DNA of 64,000 nt from the human T2T-CHM13v2.0 reference genome, Homo sapiens: the NCBI RefSeq assembly GCF_009914755.1, contig NC_060928.1, one strand, 5' to 3'. Made by a program: the position numbers and the translations under genes. Positions 13,285 to 28,399 of the stretch are shown piece by piece. Under the pieces are notes generated by a model, which did no database searches, was not told the DNA's origin, and worked only from the letters and a program-made list of their open reading frames with translations. Within the stretch, counting starts at the first letter, position 1. Every line of letters begins with the position of its first letter.

Positions 13285-16200
13285 AGATGTTTTTTCTTTC
13301 ATATTAGTAGGTAGGTGGTAATAGTTTATTTAACACATTGTTTGCACTGTGAGAATCACACTTTTAGATTTTTTTCTTTGTTTTTTCAGGTAAGAAAATT
13401 TCTCAGATTTTAAATACTTTCCCCTGGCTATACATTTTTGAAATGTATAACATCCCTAATTCAAAATTTGCAAAGAATACAGTTAATGTGCTGCATATTC
13501 ATATATACCTCATAGAGCTCATAAAATATATGCACCTGCATGCCCTGTTTTTCACATTTAACTTGTCTTGAGTATTTCCCATCAATGATATTTTTAAAAA
13601 TTTCACTTATAATAACAATATCATTTTGTGTAATAGATATTTTATAACATATTTAATAATTTACAGATATTTGACTTTGATTTGTAGATATATATTCTTT
13701 ATGAATTATTTTTTTCTTTTTGTATAATTTTTTAAGATTTTTTTTAAAAGAAAGGTGAGAATAATTTGCTAGTTTGGAAGTTTTCTTATGCCTTGATCTT
13801 TTAGAAAATACAGCAGAAAATACCAAAAATGTATTTTTTCCACTTTCTTCTGGAACTTTATTTCATTTATTTTCAATAAAAGATAATTAGGTTTTTACTT
13901 AATAAAGAAAACTGCCAATGCCTGTGATATCAAATAACGCCTTTATTTAAAAATATTATAAGTGTAAAGAAGATAATGATGTTCGGACTTTTTATATATA
14001 ATAGATTTCCCATAATCCCATGACACCGTTCATAACACATAACACTAATACTGTTTGATTCCTCTGTTTAATCCTCTTCTCCACCTAAGATTTTATCAGG
14101 AAACTTTCTTCTTAGGAATTGAAACAGTAAGCACTTTTATTCACTATTACCTCTTTTTCTGTTTTGAGCTTTTGGGTCCAAAGGAAGGAGACTCTGTATT
14201 TTCTGAAGGCCACACTGCGCCTCTCCCAAGGTATAAAGGTAAGTAGTACCTTTGTGTCTTCCTCTGCTCTCCCTCTTCCATCCACCACGCTGCTCTTCTG
14301 GAGCTCTCAGCAGCAGGAATAGTTGCTCTGGTACATCAGGAGGAAAATGGATTGTCTACAAATGGACTCTTTGCCTAGCAAAAATGTCTGCTTGTTTTTA
14401 ACACCTGTGGTTTAGATCCTCGATAACAGAAAATAAAGCATTCCTGATGTAAGTAAGCTTTAATAGTCAATATCTTTAAGACCCTAAGACAATTAGCTGC
14501 TGTTGCTTAGAATTTACTAATGACTCCACTTAATCACCTGGACTGTGCTGATGACTACTCATGACTTTATTATTTTTAAAGCTTTGTCAGTATCCGTAAG
14601 TGCTTAAGAAGAAGAAGGTGAAGAAAAAAAGAGAGAATTCCATATCTCTCTGTTATCTCCACATTTGCTATAGAGTCTGGGTACAGAAGCAAAAAAAGGC
14701 ATGTATAATGAATAATGACAGCACCAACACAGGAGGCTGAAAAGTTTATTTCAGTTGGTTTCACATTTGACTACGCTTAGGGATTTCTCAAAGGAGTCAC
14801 CTATAAATGTGGTGGCTACTCATTGATTGATAGACACTGCCTGTTATTTGGATAAGCCTAAAATAGGCCTCTTTGGACAAACAAAATCTCAGGAGAAGTT
14901 AGAGCAGGTGATTTACAGGAGCAATCGGAGGGGTTGAGGTGGAGTAGGAGTGACAGGGTGGTCCAAACGGAATTTCATGCTGAGCAGGACAAAATACGAG
15001 AGTATAGATCAAAGCCAGACACAGCAGTGTCAGTAAATATCAGATGAATAAAATGCATGATGATTTTGCTTGAGATCTTGTCTTCAACTTTTCTCTTTGG
15101 CTTCTGCACTGTTTACCATTAGATTCAGTGGAACATAACTGATGAGAAAGGTTGTGAATAAACCATCCCCATTTAATTAATCCCCTGCTGGTTTTGCTGA
15201 TGATCTTTTCCCCACCAAGTGTCCTCTTCAACAAGGTTGGGCAAAATACCGAATAATGAATTTAGCATAGCTTCTGTTAACTTGCCAGCTATTTACCATA
15301 TATTTTCCCCCTTAATTGTCAGATTTTTTTTCAATGAAGATTAACAAGGCATTACCAATTTATAGAATGGTTTTATCCATGCTTGTAAATGTTAATTTGC
15401 ATTGACTAAGATGAAACTGGGGTCATCACTTTTCCTTTGATAACTTTCTTCCTTAATTGCTATTTGCATCAAACCACGCTGAGTGGATATGGTTTTAGTT
15501 TTCTGAAAATGAGCATATTTGAAATATATTTTGAGATTCTTGGCTTTATTGAAGGGTTTGGAGGCATCCTTTGTCCCTATGTATTTTATTTTCTGTTGAA
15601 AATCTCAGAAACATGTGTTACAGGGAAAGAACACAGATAATTTATATATGCAGAACATTTTCTCAGCATGCATGAAATGTATTATACTATCTCTTGGCAG
15701 TATGATTGTTTGCAGTTAAAGTTTGCATAAAACTCAAGTATTCTAGTATTTTCAATTATCTCTTTTAAAATCACCTTTGGCTTTGTCTATTTTATTTTAG
15801 CTGTGTTTGAACTTAGTGTTGGCTAATAGAGCACCTGCCATGTGAACATGTAGACAGAATTTTACTTTTTTATTTAATCCAAAAAGCATGCCAATGCAAA
15901 AAGGTAACTGCCGTTTTGAAAGAGTGATGTGCAATTATCTAATATAAGTTTAAATGATAAATTTAAAATACAGTTGTTGGGCTTACCAAATGTCTACTCA
16001 TTCATACTCCAATTGCTGTTATATGTAAGACGCAGAGACCAGAGAATGCAATAGAAGCATGGTAAAGGTAGGATTTTTCTGTGTCTCAACCGTTCAGGCA
16101 GATAAGTCTATTCTTTTCTTTCCTGCTATTATTCCAGGAAGTCATGGATTTTTCATGCAATGGGTGAAGAAGACATACAGCTACATACACAGTACTGACT

Positions 16201-16295
16201 GGGATGTTTTAAAAATCGCATTTGAGAACATTTGAGCTAATACAATGCATTTTCTTAACGAGAGATTTTCAGAATAAAATTTTTAAGCTATTGAG

Positions 16296-16470
16296 CCTCT
16301 TGAAGCTACCTACCAGTGGACTTGGAAAAAGTCTCAGAGTTGGAAGAATTTATTAGGTTATATAATAAGGTTATATAATCCATATTCCTTTATTTTTATG
16401 GTAGAAGTAACTGGGTAAGAGAAACTCAAGTCACTTTCCCAAGATCATCTGGTTGGTTTTTAGTAGCATT
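16296..16470 (-). mobile_element. MIR fragment
   Basis: Degenerate core '...gtaactgggtaagagaaactcaagtcactttcccaagatca'. Confidence 0.5.
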
Positions 16471-17050
16471 TGACATTTTGTAACCACTGCCCACTCCCCC
16501 AGCCCTCAAAAACTCATAAATAAATAAAATATAAAATTTATATTTTAAAATCTTATTTCAATTTGTAACATCAAAGCTATAATGTACCATCTGTTTTTTG
16601 AGAATTTTTTTTGCTGTTTTCATAGACTTCTATGATTTTCTCTATTTGTACCCAGCCCATTTTTTTCCATATGAATGCTAATATAATGAGAATTACTATT
16701 TCCCTTTGTTTATGACATATCTGGGAGTCTATAAACACAGGCAACAAATAGCCCAGAACATATTATTGTGAATTTGATAAACTTGATATTCTTAACCAAT
16801 GCATAGCTAATCAACATGAGTCATTTCTGCTACATATGCCATATATATTCCTGAAAATCTTTTGCTAGAATTTTAGGCAAATGGAATCATACATCCCATA
16901 AGGCATTAGTTTTTTCTACATGAATGACTTTATTATTTCTTGTGTGAGTTGCTTGTGATGAATTCTCTCAGATTTTTTTATGTATGAAATAGTTTTTATT
17001 TGAAATGTTTTTGATATATTTGTGTTGCATGTAAAGTTATAGGTTGACAA

Positions 17051-17553
17051 TTATGGTAAGCTGAATAATAGGCCCTCAAAGATGTCCATGTCCTGGTTCT
17101 GGGGGCCTGTAAATAACATACATGGTAAAAGGAATTTTCTGGATGATTGAATTAAGAAGCTCAAGAGGAGATATTATGAATGATTAAGTTAAGGAACATG
17201 AGATGGGATGTTATGTTGATATTCTGCGTGAGGCTGATGTAATCACAAGTGCCCTGATGAAAGAGAAAAGATGAAAAGACAGAAAAAGTTATACAAGAGG
17301 AAGGAAGGTGATGATTTTGAAGATGGCGGAATCACGAGCCAAAGAATGCAGTTGGCCTGAAGCAGGAAAAAGTAAGGGAACAGATTTTCCCCTAGAGCTT
17401 CCAGAAGGAACACAACCCCGTCAAAGCCTTAATTTTAGCCCAGTGGAAATAATTTTAGCCTTTTTATTCCCAGAAATGTCAGACAGTAAATTCATATTGT
17501 ATCAAGCCACTAAGTTTGTGATGATTTGTTACAGTGACAATAGGAAATTCATG
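17051..17553 (+). mobile_element. MLT1D MaLR LTR
   Basis: 'ggtaagctgaataataggccctcaaagatgtcc'...'acagattttcccctagagcttccagaaggaacac'...'aagccactaagtttgtg'. Confidence 0.8.
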
Positions 17554-19216
17554 TTTCTAGTAATTTTTAAAAGTGACTCTATTATCTTCTCACTTGCATG
17601 AAAAAATATCTGCTGTTATCGTTATCTTTGTTCACTTGCATGTAATGTGTATTTTTTCTTTGGCTGTTTTTAAAATATTCTTTTCATCCATAGTTTTAAG
17701 CAATTTGATTATGATATGCCTTGTGCTTTTCTTCATGTTTCTTGAGCTTAGAGTTTGCTGAGCTTCTTGAGTCCATAGGCTATAGTTTTACACTTTTAGC
17801 CAGTATTTCTTCAATTTTGTTTCTTACCTATACCCACATCAGCACCCCCAACTCTCTCCTTCAGCTGATTTAATCAAATGTATTTTAAGCCACTCGATGT
17901 GCCACAGTTTACTGAAGCCTGTTTCAGTTTTTGTATTCTTCTTTTCCTTTGTTTCATCTTGGGAGGTTTTATTCCATTTCTGCAAGATCACTAATCTTTT
18001 CATCTGCATTGCCGGATTTGCCATAAAGGCTATCCAATGTTTGGTTGTTATTTTTGTTTACTCATGAAAACAGCATGGAGATAGTACAGAAATTTTCCAT
18101 ATACTTCCACATCTGTTTTTTTTTTCTGTTTTAATATCTTCATTATGGTTCATGTGTTACAATTAATGAACCAATATTGATATATTATTATTACCTAAAG
18201 TAGCACTTTATTCCAAGTTCTTTAATTTTTACTTTTTTATGTTCCAGAATGTCATCAAGGTTGTTACATTATATTTACGCAGTATATCTCCTTAGGCATC
18301 TCTTGGCTGTGATAGTTTTTCAGACTTTTCTTGTTTTTGATGACCTTGATATTTTGTTGAAATATACTTAGGTATTTTGTTGAATGTCCCACAATTTAGA
18401 GTTCTATTATATTTTTCTCATGGTTAAACTCAGGTTATGTGTTTCAAGAGTGAGAAAAGAAAGGTAATATCTCAGTCTCATTATATCATATCAAGAGTGC
18501 ATACTATCAATGTGAGTCATCACTGTTGGTGCACACCTTGAAAACCTGGCTAAGGTAGTGTTTGTCAGTTTTCTTCACCATAAAAACATTCTTTTCCTGT
18601 TTCCCATATTATACTCTTTGGAAGCATGTCACTATGTGAACCCCATATGTAAGAAATGAGGCATTATGTATCATCTCCTTGAGGCTAGAGTGTCTACATA
18701 AATCATGTGGGATTCTTTCGCATAGAAAATTTATGTTTTCCTTCCTCTCTTCATTTTCTTTCCTCCTCTCCTCTCTTCTCCCTCTCTCTCTCCCTTCCTT
18801 TCTTATTTTCCTTCCTTCCTTCTTTTTTTCCTTCCTTCCGTTTCTTTCATGTGGATTATTACATAGTTATTTTATACTTCGGGTTATAATCCAACACTAC
18901 TCTGTTAATTTTGTTGCTCAAATTGTTCCCTGCTTTGGCCATTGGTAGTTCTGTCAGTTGGGTCTTCTGTCCCTTTGACATGTTACCAATATTGTTTTTG
19001 TTTTTATACGCACCGTATACTTTGTGGCTCATATTGCATATTTACTATCCCAATTGTATAAATAGTCATTTATCCAAGGAACACTGATTCCTTTTATTAG
19101 AAAATGGTATTAGAAACCAAGATCTGGGTACTAGGAGTGTTCATTGCTACTGGGGTGACCATGTTTCCAGGCCAACTCAAATGACAGAATAAGAAAATAT
19201 ATGTGTATATCCTAGC

Positions 19217-20087
19217 ATATTAGTCTATTGGGACTGTAAAAGATATCACAGACTGTCTGGCTGGCTTACAAAATGACATTTTTTTCCTCACAACTCTATG
19301 AGCCAGATGTCCCAGATCAAGGTACTATGAAAAGAAAATAAATCTTGGGGCCCCCAAGTCACTAAGCTAACGGGAAAAGTCAAGCTGGGAACTGCTTAGG
19401 GCAAACATGCTTCCCATTCTATTCAAGGTCACCCCTCTGCTCACTGAGATAAATGCATATCTGGTTGCCTCCTTTGGAAAGGCTGATCAGAAACTCAATG
19501 CAGTGTTTGTCTCTCACCTACCTGTGACCTGGAAGCCTCCTCCCTGCTTGGAGTTGTCCTGCCTTTGCTTCCAGTTGTCCCACCTTTCCATACCGAACCA
19601 ATATTCATCTTACATATGTTGATTGATGTCTCACATCTCCCTAAAATGTATAAAACCAGGCTGTGCTCTGACCACCTTGGGCACATGTCGTCAGGATCTC
19701 CTGACCCTGTGTCACAAATGCATGTCCTCAACCTTGGCAAAATAAACTTTCTAAATTAACCGAGACCTCTCTCAGATATTTGAGGTTCACCGTACCATTA
19801 GGGTTGATTTCTTCTGAGGCCTCTCTCCCTTGGTTTGCAGAGAAGCACCTTCTCATTGTGCCTTCACATGGCCTTTCCTCTGCATATGTAGAGGGGGAAA
19901 GATTTCTGGTGACTCTTCCTCTTCTTATAAGACACTAATTTTATTGGATTAGAGCCCTATATTTATGACCTCCCTTAACTTTTATTACATTTTTTGGGGT
20001 TCTGCCTCCATATACAGTCACATTGGGGTTAAGTCTACAACATATGAATTATATTTGTTAGAAAGGTATACAATCTAATCTATAAGA
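19217..20087 (-). mobile_element. MLT1B MaLR LTR interrupted by a MER4 LTR
   Basis: 'cccagatcaaggtac' resumes as 'cattagggttgatttcttctgaggcctctctccc' after the insertion. Confidence 0.7.
19326..19791 (+). mobile_element. MER4A-like ERV1 solo LTR
   Basis: Starts 'tatgaaaagaaaataaatcttggggcccc', has aataaa near the 3' end, and a 4-bp TSD gtac (19322-19325, 19792-19795). Confidence 0.85.
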
Positions 20088-20962
20088 ACGAGCTTGTGTA
20101 TATTTAAAAGTATTTTTATGAGTAACCATCTGTATCTATATCAAGCTAAACATGACATCATACTGATGTTATTTGTCTAGTGCATTTTTTCATATTAGAC
20201 ATTATAATTTTAATCTCTAGATGTTTGATTTGGATCTTTTTAATATAGTCCATGTTTGTACTTAACGTTTTTGAACAGATGAAATGCAGTTACATTAATA
20301 ATTTTAGTGTCTTTTTAAATTTTATATCTGTCAATTCTGGATCAGTTTCAACTGATTATTCTTCTCATTATAGCATGTGATTTCTTGTTCATTTGTTTGC
20401 CTGCCTAATAATCTTTAAGATGCCAGACATTGTGAATTTTACCTTTTTGAGTGTTAATATTTTTATATTTCTATAGGTATTTTTGAACTTTGGTCTGGGA
20501 TTTTGCTGACTTATTTGGAAACAATTTGATTCTTTTAGGTCTTTTTTCTAAAATTTATTAGGTGAATTGAGATCAGTGATCACTCTAGGGCCAATTATTT
20601 CCATTAAAGTAACAACTTCCTAAGTATGCTACCCAATGTACTATTGAGAGTTTTTCTTCTCTTGCTGCTCAGAGCAGGCACTATTTAGAGTTCTGTGTGG
20701 TCAGTGGGCACGTAAGCATTTTAAGTGATTCTTTCCACAGTTTTGGAGAGTTACCTCACATGCATGTGCTGATCAGTACTGCGTGCCACACAGTACTGTG
20801 TACTACGTAATGGGGGCCCTCTGAAGATCTCTAGGGTTTTCTCCCTGTGAAGTTAGTACTGTGAACTCTAGCCCATCTTGGTGTCCCTGTACCTTCAGAG
20901 ATATCTCATCAGTTCAGTGAGTCTTCTAGGGACTGATTGACTTATTTTCTCATGCATTGTGA

Positions 20963-21460
<498 letters not shown>

Positions 21461-22351
21461 TAGATTCAGTCCCTGTTACTCCACCTTGGTAATAAGCAGA
21501 AGTTCTATACCATATTTTCTTATTTTCTTGCTCTGTCTGTATTTGTTGCACACCTCAATACGTATGCCAATTTATTTTATAAATTTAACTCATCATTTTT
21601 CTTGCCATTTTTTCTACTAATTCTTTAAATATACTAGCCACTCCCTTCCTGAAAAATTATTTTTTCTCCTCCCTTGGCTTCACCCTCTAACCACCATCTG
21701 ATCCTTGTCCTTCATATCTCAGATGTGCATTTTGAAAGAAAAGTCTATCCAAGATGGCTCCACATTCCTATCTCCCCAACTTTCCTCGGAGTAATCTGCC
21801 TAGTGCATGAGCCACACAGATGAATTTTCCTAGCTAAGATCATTAATGACTTATATACAGAAAAATCTAATTAACAGTTTTCAGTTTTTATCAAGTTTCT
21901 GTGCTATATTTCATGTGTTAGCCACTCACACCTTCTCTAAAAAATATAAAATTTTAATGATGGAGCTAAGAAATCAACTTTAATAAATCAAAAGCCACAA
22001 CAAGTGAGAAATGTGATATAAAATATTAATTTTTTAAAGTAACAGACTAAGCTATATGTGCATGCATGTCATCTTTGTCAAGTTGCTTTCCATTTTAAGT
22101 AACATAAAATCACTCAAGCAAACTTTTATCTAAGGGAAGTTTATCAGCAGGTATAGTAGGTATCCAAGTATCTGAAGGAATCCAAGGGCAGGGAGTGCAG
22201 AGAGGCCTCATGAGCGCTTGAAAGAAGGAACTGGGAGGCAATCTGGAAGTCAGGCAACTGTTCCTCCACTATGAACTGTTAGGATAACATGCTCAGCCTA
22301 CCTCAAATCAAAATCATGCACATTGAAAAGCACACATCAACTGCTTATTGA

Positions 22352-22416
22352 TGTGCCATTTGCTCATTAAATTAGTAAAACTACTGTGCCATTTGCTTAT
22401 AAATTAGTAAAACTAC
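22352..22416. repeat. About 33-bp tandem duplication
   Basis: tgtgccatttgct..taaattagtaaaactac occurs twice, head to tail. Confidence 0.85.
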
Positions 22417-22428
22417 TGCTTATTTACC

Positions 22429-22777
22429 TGATATGGTTTGACTGTGTCCCCACTCAAAATCTCTTCTTGAATTGTAATCCCCACATGTCAAGGGCAGGAC
22501 CTGATGTAGGTAATTGAATCATGGGGGCAGTTTCCCCAGTGCTGTTCTCATGATCATGAGTGAGTATCATGAGATCTGATGGTTTTATAAGTGTCTGGCA
22601 TTTCCTTAGCTGGCATTCATTCTCTCTCCTGCTGCCCTGTGAAGAGTTGCCTTCTGCCATGATTGTAAGTTTCCTGAGCCCTCCCAAGCCATGCAGAACT
22701 GTGAATTAATTAAACCTCTTTTCTTTATAAATTACCCAGTCTCAACTATTTCTTCACAGCAGCATGAGAATGGACTA
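22429..22777 (+). mobile_element. THE1C-like MaLR LTR missing its last ~5 nt
   Basis: Starts tgatatggtttgactgtgtcccc and ends 'gagaatggacta', abutting the L1. Confidence 0.85.
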
Positions 22778-24045
22778 TTGTTCAGCTCCCACTTAAAAGT
22801 GACAACATGCAGTGTTTGTTTTTCTGTTCCTGCATTAGGTTGCTGAGGATAATTGCTTCCAACTCCATCTATGTCCCTGCAAAGGACATGATTGCATTAC
22901 TTTTTATGGCTGCTTGGTATTCCATGGTGTATATGTACCACATTTTTTTTATCCAGTCTGTCATTGATGGGCATTTGGGTTGATTCCATGTCTTTGCTAT
23001 TGTGAATGCTGCTGCAATGAACATACACATACATGTATCTTTATAATAGAATGATTTATATTCCTTTGGGTATATACACAGTAATGAGATTGCTGGGTCA
23101 AATGGTATTTCTTCCTCTAGGTCTTTGAGGAATCAGCACACTGTCTTCCACAATGGTTGAACTAACTACATTCCCACCAACAGTGTAAAAGTATTCCTAG
23201 ATGCTTAGCTTCACTGGCATCTGTTGTTTCTTGACTTTTTGATAACTGCCATTCTGACTGGCATGAGAAGTTATCTCAATGTGATTTTGATTTGCATTTC
23301 TCAGTGATATTGAGCTTTTTTCATGTTTGTTGGCTACATAAATGTCTTCTTTTCAGAAATGTCTCTTCATGTCCTTTGCCCACTTTTTAATGGGATTTTG
23401 GGACTTTTTCTTATAAATTTGTTTAAGTTCCTTGTAGATTCTGGATATTAGACCTTTGTCAAATGGATAGATTGCAAAAATTTCCTTCCATTCTGTAGGT
23501 TGTCTCTTCACTCTGATGATAGTTTCTTTGCTGTGCAGAAGCTCTTTAGTTTACTTAGATCTCATTTGTCAATGTTTGCTTTTGTTGCAGTTGCTTTGGA
23601 TGTTTTTGTCATGAAATCTTTTTGCATGTCTATGTCCTGAATGGTATTGCCTAGATTTTCTTTCTTCTAAGATTTTTATAGTTTTGGGTTTTACATCTAA
23701 GTCTTTAATCCATCTTGAGTTAATTTTTGTATAAAGTGTAAGGGAGGAGTCCGGTGTCAATTTTTTTTTTTTTTTTTTTTTTGCATATGGCTAGTCAGTT
23801 CTCTCAGTACCCCTTAATAAAGAAGGAATGAACAACACATACTGGGGCCTGTCAGGGTGGGAAGTGCTGAGGGAGGGAGAGGTTAGAATAAATAGCCAAT
23901 CCATGTGGGATTTAATACCTAGGCGATGGGTTGATAGGCGCAGCAAACCACCATGTCACACATTTACCTATGTAACAAACCTGCATGTCCTGCACATGTA
24001 TCCTGGAACTTAAAATAAAATAAAATTAAACAAAATTTTAAAAAT
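22778..24045. mobile_element. 5'-inverted truncated L1PA (older L1PA subfamily): 22778-~23818 minus, ~23828-24045 plus
   Basis: Minus ORF 23569-23760 ([12 protein letters not shown]) is ORF2. The plus-strand 3'UTR ends 'cacatgtatcctggaacttaaaataaaataaaa'. Confidence 0.88.
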
Positions 24046-24094
24046 TAATCTGTGTGGCCCAAACCACTGAATTTGTGGTAATTTGTTAGGGCAG

Positions 24095-24473
24095 TGTATT
24101 AGTCTGTTCTCACACTGCTTTGAAGAAGTACCTGAGACTGGGTTATTTATAAAGAAAAGAGGTTAAATTGACTCACAGTTTCATATGGCTGGGGAGGCCT
24201 CAGAAAATTTACAATCATGGTGGAAGGAGAAGCAAATATGTTCTTCTTCACATGGTGGCAGGAGAGAGAAGTGCAGAGCAAATTGGGGAAAAGCCCCTTA
24301 CAAAACCATCAGATCTTGTGAGAACTCACTCACTATCATAAGAATAGCATGGGAGAACCACCTCCATGATCCAATCTTCTCCTTTGAGGTCCCTCACCTA
24401 ACATGTGGGGATTACAATTTGAATTACAATTCAAGATGAGATTTGTGTAGGGACAAAGAGCCAGATCATATCA
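24095..24473 (-). mobile_element. THE1D-like MaLR solo LTR
   Basis: tgtattagtc...catatca; perfect TSD ggcag (24090-24094, 24474-24478). Confidence 0.88.
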
Positions 24474-27400
24474 GGCAGCAAAAGAGAATACATCAACCTT
24501 TTGAAATGTTACTATGATGATTCTACTATCTTGTTTGAAAAAAAACTTCAAAGAATTAAGTCGCTTTGCTCAGTGTAACATACAAGACCCCACACTCATC
24601 CCTACCAACTACTCCAGCTGCATTTTTCATCATTTCTAAATTATATCCTGCAATAGCCTTATAAAAAGTTATGTTCTTTGGTGAACAGGACTTGTTTCCA
24701 TGTTATTTCCTCTTCTTAGAAAATCCTTCTAGCTTTTCTGCACATTTAAAATCTTGTAACAAGAGTTAGATCACATGTTGTCTTCTGTGTGTATAACCAC
24801 TATTTCTCCCATGGGCATTCTTATTGCCTAATCCTCTCAAACTCCATTGCAATCTGTGGGGACCTACATATAAGCATTTATTTACATACATTATAACTTC
24901 TATATATTTATTTTCCTCAGTAGGCTAAAGTCCATGGGAAAAGGTGGTTCTCAGAAAACTGAAATGAAGAAAACACAGACTCAAAATTAAGGTGACTGTT
25001 TGCTAAGAGCCACTAAGATTCAGTGACTCAGATGAATCTTGTCTTCTAATAGAGTGTTTGATAAATAAACATAATCCAGTGTATTTTACAATGCTAGGAA
25101 AAATTAATTCTTAAATATTGTATTCTCAATTTTCAAATGTATCCATTTATGGAAAACAGCATGTCTTGTGTCTAATGTGATTTGGAAGTGCATTGACAGA
25201 TCTTATTTTATATAAGAACTCTAGTGTCAAATGAATTAATCCATAGTAAAACTGGAAATTAGAGACATTTGGAGATGCCTGATTACTTAAAACCTGTAGT
25301 CATATCTCACTATGGACTTAAATACTTGGGGAATTTAGGTGATGATATTGTTTTTATTGCATGTTGATCCTGCTTAAACAGGTGAAAGGAAATTTGTGAC
25401 TTTCCCATTGATAATTATTCTTGACAAAATATCTCCGGACATAGCTCCCAGAAAGTTTAATGTTGGTCTTTGCATGGTCACATTGACCCCTCAGTCTGAG
25501 GAAACACAGACTAACCCCTTAGTTTGAGGAGTTGTTTCCAGGCAAAAAACAGAAATTGAAACTTAAAATTTCTCTTCTGAGTATACTCTGTGATTCCATT
25601 TATCTGAATTCCAAGAGCTGCAAAATAACCTAAGGTGGGCGAAATTATGATGTGGTAGCCCAAGTAGGAACTGTAGATTGATTAGAAAGGGGAATAAGGA
25701 AACTAATTGGAGTATGGAATGATTTAGTAACCCCAAAGTGACCAATGACATTATTTGAATTACTTTATTGTATTTATTTCCTCTCCCTTTTCAATATTTT
25801 CTTTTCTGGATTGATGTTGACCTTAAAGCAGAATAATGAGGAGAGTTCCACTGATTAGTTGTTCTTGTCTAAACCTTTCCAATTTTTTCACTTTTCTTCA
25901 TTGTATTATTTGCATAAAACTGTGCACATCTCTACATAATAAATGCAGTAGAAATACTAATCTAGTTTGGTGTGTTACAAATATAAAGAAAAAATACAAA
26001 TAAATATTTCTATTCATCATCTCTTGATCATTAACAATGTTTAACTCAAAAAAATTTCTTTCAGTGATCCTTCCTTTTTGTAATAATTTGAAGCAAAATA
26101 ATGCCACATAACTTCACTCATTTCAGAAAAAGTATCTAAGTTATCTCCCTACATTCTAAGAGTGTGTTTTAGAAAATTGAAATATGAAACGAGATGCCCT
26201 GAAGTTGTACATTTGCTATTGCAAATTCAGATAATTAAACCAATAAATTTAAAGCAAAGTTAAAGAAGGTGATAATGAGTTTGCTCATAGTAATATAAAC
26301 TAATCGTGTTGAGAAGGAATGTTCAGTAACTAAAATGATTCAACAGTTCTAATTAAGGCAGTAGTGAAAAATGCAATTATAGGCAGAATGCCGAATGACC
26401 TAATTTTCCTCCCTTTCCCACTTTTGAAGTAGCTTCACCAAAGGAGTTGCCCTCTTTTCTATGTTTATTTTATAAAATCTGGTGATTAATACTTAAAATG
26501 CAAGTGAAGAAACATCATAACAAACAAGTCATTTAAAACACCAATGTCTGATTACCCAAGAGTGTGCTTTGTATTGAATTAGATTATATATTGCTGTGTC
26601 GCTGAGCAGGCTATTAATTGTACATATAAAATTTCTAATATGCAATATTTTGGCACTTGGATTCTAAATTAAGTTCAGTGTGATTGTCCTAGATAGGTCC
26701 TCTTTGTTCTCACTTGGAACTAATTAAACCCAATATGATCACATGAAAGTGAGCTATAATTAAAACTACAAAGTGCTTTGTTCAAAAAAAAGAAATCTTA
26801 ATTAACAGAAGACATACTAAGGAATCATTTGGTTTAGTACATAGTTTCATTACTTTTTAAAAGGTGCTATTGTCAATGCTGACCATTTTAGACCCTGGTT
26901 CTGTAAGTATTTCCAAATGGATTACAAACCACATGGAAGGAAACAGAATGAGATAGAAAGAAGGCCAAGACTTATCAAATCATAGATTCCTGGAAGCATG
27001 AAGATGAGAGTCTTTTCAAAGTCATCAAGTCTAACCTTCATACAAAGAGGTAACTGTGCTATACAGCATTGGAAGAACTTGTTTTCATTTCTACCATCAA
27101 TTGGCTCACTTAAATTCCCTGAAGACAGGACCAAGTCCCTTTAGGTTTATGAGCTTAGAAGCTTATTTTTCTGGAGTAAAACTTCGGTTGTTCTTGCCTA
27201 AAACTGGGATAGAAGGAATATGGATAAAATATGTACTCACTCTATAAATATTTTTAAATGGTATTGAATAATATGATTTAGCACATCAGAACTGAATAGA
27301 AAACATAGCCAGATACAATTTTGTAATTTTCTATTGTCTATATTTAACTTTGTTGGCTTGTTTGTCTTTTCTTGAACAGATTTTCAAGTAAATTTTTTAG

Positions 27401-28399
27401 GCAGTTTGGGGCTGGATCTCTTTCTTTGGAGACCAACGGAATGTGGGACATTTGTTCTGTAGTCTGTCTGGAGCAATAAACACTGAGAGAATAACATAGA
27501 AGATGGAATATTCACTCCTCTTTCTTCCTAAGAGAACTCATTTATTCAAACCTCATATCACAGCACAGAGCATAGTTCTCAGTAGTGTGTGAAAGACAAA
27601 TAATCGAGTTTACAGAATACCATCTCTTCATTACCAGGAAACCATCCAGAGTCCAAATATGCTCCAAAAGCCACTCCCTTCTTTTTAAAATACAAATAGA
27701 GCAAGCATTTTTAAATTCTAAAAATGTGATATTTGACTTGAAGGTAAGGAATGAGAGATAACGAAAAGTTGGGCTTTGTGGTTTTTTTTGCTACAGTAGA
27801 ATATATAGAATTCATAGGTTGATTTAGCATCTCTCTATGAGAGAGGCTCAGTCAGACCCTAGTCAGTCAGCATATAATGAAAACATTCTAGTTCCTTTCA
27901 TTTTTATATTTCTTTCATGATCATTAAACAAAAAGTTTACTATAGAAAAACTTAAAAACACAAGAATACAAAAGAGATAATGAAAATTTCCCATAATCAA
28001 GCCAGAAATAACACCTTTTAATACAGTCTACCTCTAAGACATATATACCACTACATAAATAGGTGTATGAAAATGATACCTGGTATTTAAGAAACGTGCA
28101 GTGAATATTGGCTATTATTAGTCAATAGTGATTACTATTATGATTATAATTTTAAATTATGAGATTATATGGACTCTATGGATTATCATACTTCATAAAA
28201 TTCTTCTATTTTTGGACAATTATGTTTTATATTATGTGCTAATAACATTTTAATGCATAAATCTCTCTACATCTCAAAATATGACTCTAAGTTTATAGGA
28301 GTGAAAATACTTGGTTAAAACAAAGGAGACTTTTAAAATCATGCTCCTCTGTATTTACATAATGTCAAACTGCCCACTACCTATAAACTGTATACACTT

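Noticed and set aside
10430-14250. Scattered splice-like sites (caggtaac 10439, caggtaat 10519, caggtaag 13387, aggtaagt 14237)
   Set aside because: I could build no open exon with a consistent frame. Such motifs are expected by chance, though non-coding exons are not excluded.
18679-18948. Hydrophobic F/L/S-rich ORF resembling a membrane protein
   Set aside because: It comes from a CT-rich low-complexity tract inside an old L1.
22352-22416. 33-bp direct repeat of CRISPR-like length
   Set aside because: There are only two adjacent copies with no spacer, in eukaryotic DNA. It is a simple tandem duplication, like the smaller ones at about 16355, 21398 and 52723.
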